Both the position numbers and the translations under genes were made by a program. From Candidatus Woesebacteria bacterium RIFCSPHIGHO2_02_FULL_42_20 (GTDB taxonomy: Bacteria; Patescibacteriota; Microgenomatia; UBA8517): a stretch of DNA of 64,000 nt. The DNA lies in NCBI GenBank assembly GCA_001792535.1, contig MGGS01000013.1, positions 64,692 to 128,691 on the forward strand, read 5' to 3'. Positions within the stretch are counted from its first letter, which is position 1, and each line of letters opens with the position of its first letter. The notes under the pieces were generated by a model. It was not told where the DNA came from and searched no databases. It was given only the letters and a program-made list of their open reading frames with translations. This document shows positions 57,841 through 64,000 of this stretch, piece after piece.

Positions 57841-59046
57841 TTATTTTTTGACGAATAAAATCGCGTTGGGCAAGTCGCGGCCGGGGCCGACTTTGTAACC
57901 GCCGGACCAAAGGGCGGTCGACCCACCGTCGTCTAAATTAAGCGCATTTTCCATTCCCAATACTTTCATAACACGGGCGCTCTCGGCGACTGTGGCACTG
58001 TGAACAACGCCTATATAAATAGTATTACCCTTATTGGCCACGAAACTTCGTGAACCCTTACTTCCCTTTTTAGGGTCATCGTCCCCGCCAAATGTGACAT
58101 TCCCTCCTGAGACTAAAAGCGGATAATTGGACAAGACCCCGTCGACACCCGTGTCCCGGCCCCACTGGCTTGCGCCTGACACAAACCTGACGTATCCACC
58201 CCCGAAAATTACCGCGGGATTATTGCTGTAGACATTGTTTGCTGAATTAAAGTAATACTTATTCTTATTCATAACGAGTAGGTCGAAGGTATTGGTTTTG
58301 CCGGCGCATGACGGATAGCTTGCCGGACAAAAATATGTTCCGTTGACTCCGGCAAATGCACCGTTGCGCGAGACATATGTTGCCAGCGGGAGTACAGGGC
58401 AGTTGTCCGGGCAATCGGAGTCCGACGCAGTATCGACGACCACTCTGGTAGAGCCGATATCTGTTGCGATAAGAGATACCATAAAAGTTCCAGCATCGGT
58501 TGAAACTTGCTGGCGGCTATATCCGGCACCCGGTGGGCTATTATTTTCGGGAACATTTGCAGGTATTGTGAAACTGGCCGCAATTTTTGCGTTTTCATCG
58601 CTTATACTTTTAGTCAAGTCGGAAAGTTTTTTATCCGCGTCGTTATAATTTTGCTTAGAAAGAAGGGCTAAGACTTCTGAGAAATCTTTATCCATGTCCG
58701 TTGTCTTGGTTGTTTTAGCCTTGAGGTCAAGCAAATCTTCGTAGACCGAAACCGCTTTTTTGTAAGTAGTTTCTATACTAGTTATTTTCGACTCAAGGTC
58801 TTTGTTTATCTTTATTTGATCCTGGTTTTTCAAATTCTCCAGTTCCTTGCCGATTTTTTCCAATTCGACCAGATTTTGATCCTTTTGATTAGTAAGATTT
58901 TGAATAATGTTTTGTAGGGATGCTATTTTAGTGTTTGAGAGGGAGTAACCCGCGACGACGAAAACTACCAAAACAATTATTATCGGCAAGTGTTTATCGG
59001 GCTTGATGCTTTTACGAAGATTTAGCCCGGGCAGTTTTATTTTCAT
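57841..59046 (-). CDS. Phosphodiester glycosidase (NAGPA-like) family exported protein
   Basis: AGVNGTYF, ALNLDDGGST; N-terminal TM and coiled coil. Confidence 0.8.
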   Translation of the reverse strand: MKIKLPGLNLRKSIKPDKHLPIIIVLVVFVVAGYSLSNTKIASLQNIIQNLTNQKDQNLVELEKIGKELENLKNQDQIKINKDLESKITSIETTYKKAVSVYEDLLDLKAKTTKTTDMDKDFSEVLALLSKQNYNDADKKLSDLTKSISDENAKIAASFTIPANVPENNSPPGAGYSRQQVSTDAGTFMVSLIATDIGSTRVVVDTASDSDCPDNCPVLPLATYVSRNGAFAGVNGTYFCPASYPSCAGKTNTFDLLVMNKNKYYFNSANNVYSNNPAVIFGGGYVRFVSGASQWGRDTGVDGVLSNYPLLVSGGNVTFGGDDDPKKGSKGSRSFVANKGNTIYIGVVHSATVAESARVMKVLGMENALNLDDGGSTALWSGGYKVGPGRDLPNAILFVKK

Positions 59047-59115
59047 TGTCTAACTTTATCAAAGTGGAGTTGTGCAGGTCAATTAAGGTATGCTAGACTT
59101 TTTTAACCACTTATT

Positions 59116-60441
59116 ATGAACGATAATTCACAGACTAGTCAGACCTCTTCCCAGGAACCGGCGGTTGCAGCGGGGCCTCCGCCTGCGGGTGATCCTAATT
59201 TGGAAAATTTGTCCAAAGGTGTCCCTCCGGATATGAAGCTTGATCAGGTTCCCCCGGATTTGCAGGAAAGCCCACAAGTTGTCCAGACGACTACCTCCAC
59301 GGATGAACTGATCCCTGAGCGCCAGGAACTTAGAAAAAGCAAAAAAGGTCTAAAGCTTTTCTTAGCCCTCCTTCTATTGTTTTTGCTGGTTTTTGGTATT
59401 GGAGGGGGGGTGTTTTACGCTGTTGCCTATGAAAAGATAGACATAGGGAACAAAGATCTGCAAAGGTCAGTTGCATATTTTGTGCAAGATTTACCTTTTA
59501 CTCCCAAAACTCCTAAATACGTTTTAGAAAAGGCGTATTTGGTACAAAAAGATGTTCAGTCGGTAAGCTTTGACGCATCGGTAGCTTTAAGCTCCGGTAG
59601 TTTATCTATACTTGGCCTTGGGAATTTCGATATGCAGTTTGTGGGGGATATTGATTATCTTGATCTGGAAAATCTGAAGGCAAAAATGAATGTCTCCGTG
59701 GTTAAAGAATTTGATATGGATATTGTGACTGTTGGCGACAAAGCATATTTGCGTGTGAATAAAGTTCCGTCTTTGGTTTTGAGTTTTGTTGGAATTTCAA
59801 GTGACAAAATCAGCCCCTTTTTGGGTACGTGGGTGGCTTTGGAGCAGGAAGACTTGTATGGTTCCGGCACGGTCCAAAATCCGACTCCGTCATCTGGCAT
59901 GACCGGGGACGAGTTGGCAAAAAGCCTTGAGTTGGCGCTTGAAGAAAAGGTGCTGGCAGCGATGGAAATGACAGAAGAACTACTTGACGGCAAGAAGTCA
60001 TACAAGTTTCATTTTTCGCCAAGCGCCGATTTGCTTGATTACATTATGAAAAGGGCAGGCGATATCAATAACCAGGACAGTAGTTACTCGGGTGATTATA
60101 AGGCCTCCGATTACTATAAAGATTTGAGCCTTGATGTTTGGGTTGATGCAAACACCTATTATACGACCAAAGTATCTGTTTCGATTGTTTTGGATAGCGG
60201 ATCTAGCCTCCCGGGTGGTAGTGCATTTTTAGACGACCCGCTTTCAATGCTAGGTTCATCCCAACAATTTGACATCGCCTTTGTTATGAAGTTAAGCAAT
60301 CACGGCAACGTTCCTGAAATAGTTGCACCGGCGGATGCAAAGTCTGTAGAACAATTTAGCAAAGAGCTTGAGGCCGCATTTATGAGTGAACTCGGCTCTA
60401 TCGGTGTTGACGAGTTTGGTAACGATTTTCTTTCAATCTGA
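59116..60441 (+). CDS. Membrane-anchored hypothetical protein
   Basis: Pro-rich N-terminus, one TM, beta-rich ectodomain. Confidence 0.7.
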   Translation: MNDNSQTSQTSSQEPAVAAGPPPAGDPNLENLSKGVPPDMKLDQVPPDLQESPQVVQTTTSTDELIPERQELRKSKKGLKLFLALLLLFLLVFGIGGGVFYAVAYEKIDIGNKDLQRSVAYFVQDLPFTPKTPKYVLEKAYLVQKDVQSVSFDASVALSSGSLSILGLGNFDMQFVGDIDYLDLENLKAKMNVSVVKEFDMDIVTVGDKAYLRVNKVPSLVLSFVGISSDKISPFLGTWVALEQEDLYGSGTVQNPTPSSGMTGDELAKSLELALEEKVLAAMEMTEELLDGKKSYKFHFSPSADLLDYIMKRAGDINNQDSSYSGDYKASDYYKDLSLDVWVDANTYYTTKVSVSIVLDSGSSLPGGSAFLDDPLSMLGSSQQFDIAFVMKLSNHGNVPEIVAPADAKSVEQFSKELEAAFMSELGSIGVDEFGNDFLSI

Positions 60442-60477
60442 AGTAAACTTCCTGTTTTTATTGTTATAATTGTCTTA

Positions 60478-60786
60478 ATGGATTCAAATTACGGCGGTGT
60501 TGTTTGGACAAAGCACGTACTACAAAGGTTGGCGGAGCGGGGGATGAAGCAAGGTGATGTTTGGGCTACATGGAGCCGGCCCCAAAACAACCGGTTTTCG
60601 CAGGTGCGAGGTGGATGGGTTTTTGACAGAATTTGGGGAAATCAAAAAATCGAAGTCGTAGCCAAAAAAAATGCTAAGGACAGGTGGGTAATTCTTTCCG
60701 CTTGGTCCAAACCGGTTCATAAAAAGCAACAAAAACAAAACATTCCGGTTTTGTTTAATTTCGTTAAAAAGCTATTTCGCAAATGA
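60478..60786 (+). CDS. DUF4258-like protein
   Basis: WTKHVLQRLAERG pattern. Confidence 0.6.
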   Translation: MDSNYGGVVWTKHVLQRLAERGMKQGDVWATWSRPQNNRFSQVRGGWVFDRIWGNQKIEVVAKKNAKDRWVILSAWSKPVHKKQQKQNIPVLFNFVKKLFRK

Positions 60787-61193
60787 AGCATAAAGAAGAA
60801 AATCTGGCTAAAATACTTAAAGACTTTAATACAAGATTAGTGGGAGATGAGGAAACTAAAAAAATTATTTGCGCAACCCTACTTGTATTTCCAAAAGAAG
60901 TGATCGATTTCGTTGTAAAAAATGTCTGGTTCGTGTCCGCTTTTGATGACGCTTGGTCGTTTACACTGGACTCGGAAGAATTATGCGGAAGGACAATAGT
61001 CTTTTTGAGCGACGATTTACTTCGTCAGAGTAAGGACAGGGTTACTTATTCCGTTGCCCATGAAATTGCCCATATAATGCTCGGCCACAAAAATCCATAT
61101 AATGCAAAGTTGCCTCAAACAACCGAAAAGAAGTTTGAAACGGGGGCGGACGAGTTTGCGAAGTATTATTTGGATTTATCTAAAATTAGTTGA
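60783..61193 (+). CDS. HEXXH metallopeptidase-like protein
   Basis: AHEIAH..LGH...E..ADEFA. Confidence 0.7.
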   Translation: MKHKEENLAKILKDFNTRLVGDEETKKIICATLLVFPKEVIDFVVKNVWFVSAFDDAWSFTLDSEELCGRTIVFLSDDLLRQSKDRVTYSVAHEIAHIMLGHKNPYNAKLPQTTEKKFETGADEFAKYYLDLSKIS

Positions 61194-62310
61194 CTTGCGC
61201 AATTAATTCTTTTTCTTTGTCGCCAATTATTTCAGAGATGTTTTTTGTCGATTTTGTCAAAACGCTATTTTTTAAACTGCTAAAGTTGTCCAAGATGCCG
61301 GTGTTTTTGATCGGTTGACCTTTTGTTTTAGGTAAATTTGATATCAGGTCAAAAAACTTAAAGTAGTCTCCTGAAGCAGGATTTTTGAATGAAAAACCAT
61401 TAAATGGTTCTTGCAGGTAATCCAGGACAAATGGTGTAACGGCGACAAGGTTACTTTTGTTCCACACTTTAGTGAACGCGGTCAAATAATTTGATACGAT
61501 AGTTTCTTCGCTGTTTGAATTTGTCGACCAGCCTGTTTCTGTAATAAAAACCGGTATGTTTTCGTTTATGCCGTAGCTTGCGAGCAACTCAATCTCGCGT
61601 TCCCAGCTTGCGACTGTTCCCAGCCCAGTGTCATATGGACTGCCGGAAAATCCCGGATTTGGATAGGAATGAGAATTCCATCCGTCGATGTAGGAAAGTA
61701 AGTCCGGCATGTAAGAAAACATACCTTCTACAAACTCTTTGAAGCTGGTTGTAGTCTTGGTATTTGTCGAAGATGGGTCAATGGCTGCAGGAAGAATGAA
61801 AAAGTCGTCGGACTTGCTTTTAAAGGTCAGTGAATATGTTTTAAGGATATTTGCGTATTGCTGAGAATTGATGTCGCCTCCCCATTCGGCCGCGTGATTT
61901 GGTTCATTAAAAATAACTACGTATCTATTGCTTATTGGCCAATTTAAGTTATTAAAAAAAACCGCCCAGTTTTCCGCCTCTTGAGGTGTAGGGGCTTTCC
62001 AGTTTGGCCCGTAGATTTTAGTGGCAATTCGCACAATCGGAATAAGTTTAAGGTCGGTGAGCAGGTCAAAAAATTTTTGCCAGCGAAGGCTGTCTCGTTC
62101 GTCTTCGCGAATGACAAAGGTAACATAACCCCACTGTCCGCGGCCCCCGTTAACTAATTTTGCCGCGTCTTCTAAATCGGATTCATCGCTGATGTGGATT
62201 CCAAAATGGTTGTTGTCAAAGTCTGTTGGTACATAGGCCGAATAGACAGAACCCGGCAGTAAAAAAATGAGCAAGATAAGTACTGCAAAAGCTAATAATG
62301 CATTTTTCAT
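61186..62310 (-). CDS. Secreted clan GH-A glycoside hydrolase-like protein
   Basis: FNEPN acid/base and ITETGW nucleophile motifs; signal peptide. Confidence 0.75.
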   Translation of the reverse strand: MKNALLAFAVLILLIFLLPGSVYSAYVPTDFDNNHFGIHISDESDLEDAAKLVNGGRGQWGYVTFVIREDERDSLRWQKFFDLLTDLKLIPIVRIATKIYGPNWKAPTPQEAENWAVFFNNLNWPISNRYVVIFNEPNHAAEWGGDINSQQYANILKTYSLTFKSKSDDFFILPAAIDPSSTNTKTTTSFKEFVEGMFSYMPDLLSYIDGWNSHSYPNPGFSGSPYDTGLGTVASWEREIELLASYGINENIPVFITETGWSTNSNSEETIVSNYLTAFTKVWNKSNLVAVTPFVLDYLQEPFNGFSFKNPASGDYFKFFDLISNLPKTKGQPIKNTGILDNFSSLKNSVLTKSTKNISEIIGDKEKELIAQVN

Positions 62311-62449
62311 CGCAAACTATTATACCCAAAATACTTTAGTTTGCATCTAAAATAATATTTTGGGGGATCAAAATCACTTGCGAGCTTGCCTGCGCAAGCA
62401 GGGATTGCAAATTCGAGTAAGTGGAGTTTATAGTATTAATATCAAGTGT

Positions 62450-62905
62450 ATGAACAAACAAATTGTAATCGTGATTTTGTTAATAGTTGGTTTAGTGACT
62501 TTTGCATTGATCGGGCTCGGAAAATTTATCGACCTCAATTTAGCTGATCTTGGAGTGTCAGATATCCAAACCAGAAAACTTGCGGCCAGTGACGTGAATA
62601 TTGTGCGGCTGATTAGTTGTCAGAAAGGTAAAATTTCCTTTCTGCCAAGTATCGGCGGGTCAATTGAATTTGATCCGGATACTTTTAGGGCAACCAAAGG
62701 CGAAACCATTTCGATAGTCAACCGTGACAGCCTAGCGCATGAGATTGGTGTGTCCAGTACACACATTATCTTAAATGTTAACCCTGCCGAGTATGTTGAA
62801 ATCGACACAAGTTTGCTTGCGGTTCCTGGTCCTTGGGGTATAACTTGCGACGGGATTAACCTGGGTGACAAGGGGCCGCTACTTTATCTCCTTGAGCCTT
62901 TTTAA
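62450..62905 (+). CDS. Exported hypothetical protein, cupredoxin-like
   Basis: TM, FDPDT..GETI..N.D..H..C pattern; ATG at 62450. Confidence 0.5.
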   Translation: MNKQIVIVILLIVGLVTFALIGLGKFIDLNLADLGVSDIQTRKLAASDVNIVRLISCQKGKISFLPSIGGSIEFDPDTFRATKGETISIVNRDSLAHEIGVSSTHIILNVNPAEYVEIDTSLLAVPGPWGITCDGINLGDKGPLLYLLEPF

Positions 62906-62907
62906 AA

Positions 62908-63507
62908 ATGTTACTTAATTTTGACATTGTCGAACTGATCAAAACTTGGGGTTACATAGGTTTGTTTTTTATTGTTTTCGCCGAGTCGGGTCTTTTTTTT
63001 GGTTTTTTTCTACCTGGCGATAGCCTGCTTTTCACTGCAGGTTTTTTAGCATCGCAGAATTTTTTGAACATAGTGGTCTTAGTCCCTCTATTGATTATTG
63101 CTGCGATTTCTGGCGATAGTGTCGGCTATTGGATGGGGAGAAGGTTTGGCAACTGGCTGATGAGGCAAAAGGAAACTTTCTTTTTTCAGAAAAAATATAT
63201 GACTCGCGCCCAGGAGTTTTATGATAAACACGGAGGAAAGACGATAGTGATGGCCAGATTCGTTCCGGCAGTTAGGACTTTTGCGCCAGTTGTCGCCGGA
63301 ATGGCTAAGATGCACTACAGGACCTTTTTGAGTTTCAACATTTTTGGCGGAATTTTCTGGTCTGCCGGCATGCTCCTTTTAGGCTACTTTCTGGGTAGTC
63401 TCATTCCTGATATAGATAAATATCTATTGCCGATAGTTGGCGTGATAATTATTGTTTCTGTACTTCCGGGAGTAATTCATTTCATTAAAGAAAGTAAAAA
63501 GAAGTAA
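62908..63507 (+). CDS. DedA family membrane protein
   Basis: FAESG..FLPGDSLLF, ARFVP.VRTF. Confidence 0.92.
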   Translation: MLLNFDIVELIKTWGYIGLFFIVFAESGLFFGFFLPGDSLLFTAGFLASQNFLNIVVLVPLLIIAAISGDSVGYWMGRRFGNWLMRQKETFFFQKKYMTRAQEFYDKHGGKTIVMARFVPAVRTFAPVVAGMAKMHYRTFLSFNIFGGIFWSAGMLLLGYFLGSLIPDIDKYLLPIVGVIIIVSVLPGVIHFIKESKKK

Positions 63508-63551
63508 TTGACATGCCAAAATTTGTCTGTAGAATTGATTGTTATTAGATA

Positions 63552-64000
63552 ATGAAATTTTGGAAATTTTTCCTAGCTGCCAACTTAGTCTTAAGCCAAA
63601 TTCTAAGCCTCTTGATATATGCGAGTCCGGCTAAAGCAACCCCTCCGACCGACTTTATTAACGAGACACTTCTCACCGGGCTTAACGAGCCGACGGCAAT
63701 CCAGTTTTTGCCGGATGGGCGGATGCTGATTTTGTCCCGGTACGGAAGTATAAGAGTCGCCCAGCCTGGAGCCATTCAGGTCGATCCGACGCCGTTTTTG
63801 GATTTAACTTCGGTGACTAATACTTCACAAGGAGAAAGAGGGCTTACCGGTATCGCTCTTGATCCGGGTTTTTTAACAAACGGATTTGTCTATCTTTTTT
63901 ATACCAGAAATTTGCCGTTACGCGATCGGGTTGCCAGGTTTACTGCTAGCGGAAATACGGCTGATCCGGGAAGCGAAATTGTTATTTGGCAGGATAACGT
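63552..64000 (+). CDS. PQQ-dependent sugar dehydrogenase (GSDH) family protein, N-terminal part
   Basis: Signal peptide, PTAIQFLPDGR, GERGLTGIALDPGF..NGFVYLFYT; TTGACA-16-TAGAAT promoter at 63508-63535. Confidence 0.8.
   Translation, partial: MKFWKFFLAANLVLSQILSLLIYASPAKATPPTDFINETLLTGLNEPTAIQFLPDGRMLILSRYGSIRVAQPGAIQVDPTPFLDLTSVTNTSQGERGLTGIALDPGFLTNGFVYLFYTRNLPLRDRVARFTASGNTADPGSEIVIWQDN

Overview
64 kb of a small-genome bacterium using genetic code 11. Gene content and style (secD/secF, miaA, recJ, gltX, typA, DUF3048/DUF4446/DUF5679, minimal RNase P RNA, CCA-less tRNA) suggest a Patescibacteria/CPR Microgenomates-type genome; this is inference. The housekeeping backbone is interrupted by three accessory blocks. 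(1) 17.5-23.1 kb: an AT-rich operon flanked by a 35-bp direct repeat and preceded by a leader-peptide attenuator. It encodes two class II aminoacyl-tRNA-synthetase paralogues, an AdoMet decarboxylase-like protein, two methyltransferases and an MccF-like S66 peptidase, making it a candidate aminoacyl-nucleotide (microcin C-like) pathway. (2) 34.3-37.9 kb: an integron-like array in which a tyrosine recombinase lacking the IntI-specific insertion sits divergent from four single-gene cassettes. The cassettes are bounded by conserved branched attC-like sites, and three carry archaeal-style BRE/TATA promoters. (3) 40-57 kb: a mosaic of TA modules, NUDIX and AKR genes, gene debris and att-like repeats downstream of tRNA-Gln. 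Other notable elements are an ultra-short T-box upstream of an AspRS-YbaK fusion, a disrupted RelA/SpoT gene, and small repeats inserted in frame in housekeeping genes. All family calls come from motif recognition by eye; no searches were run.
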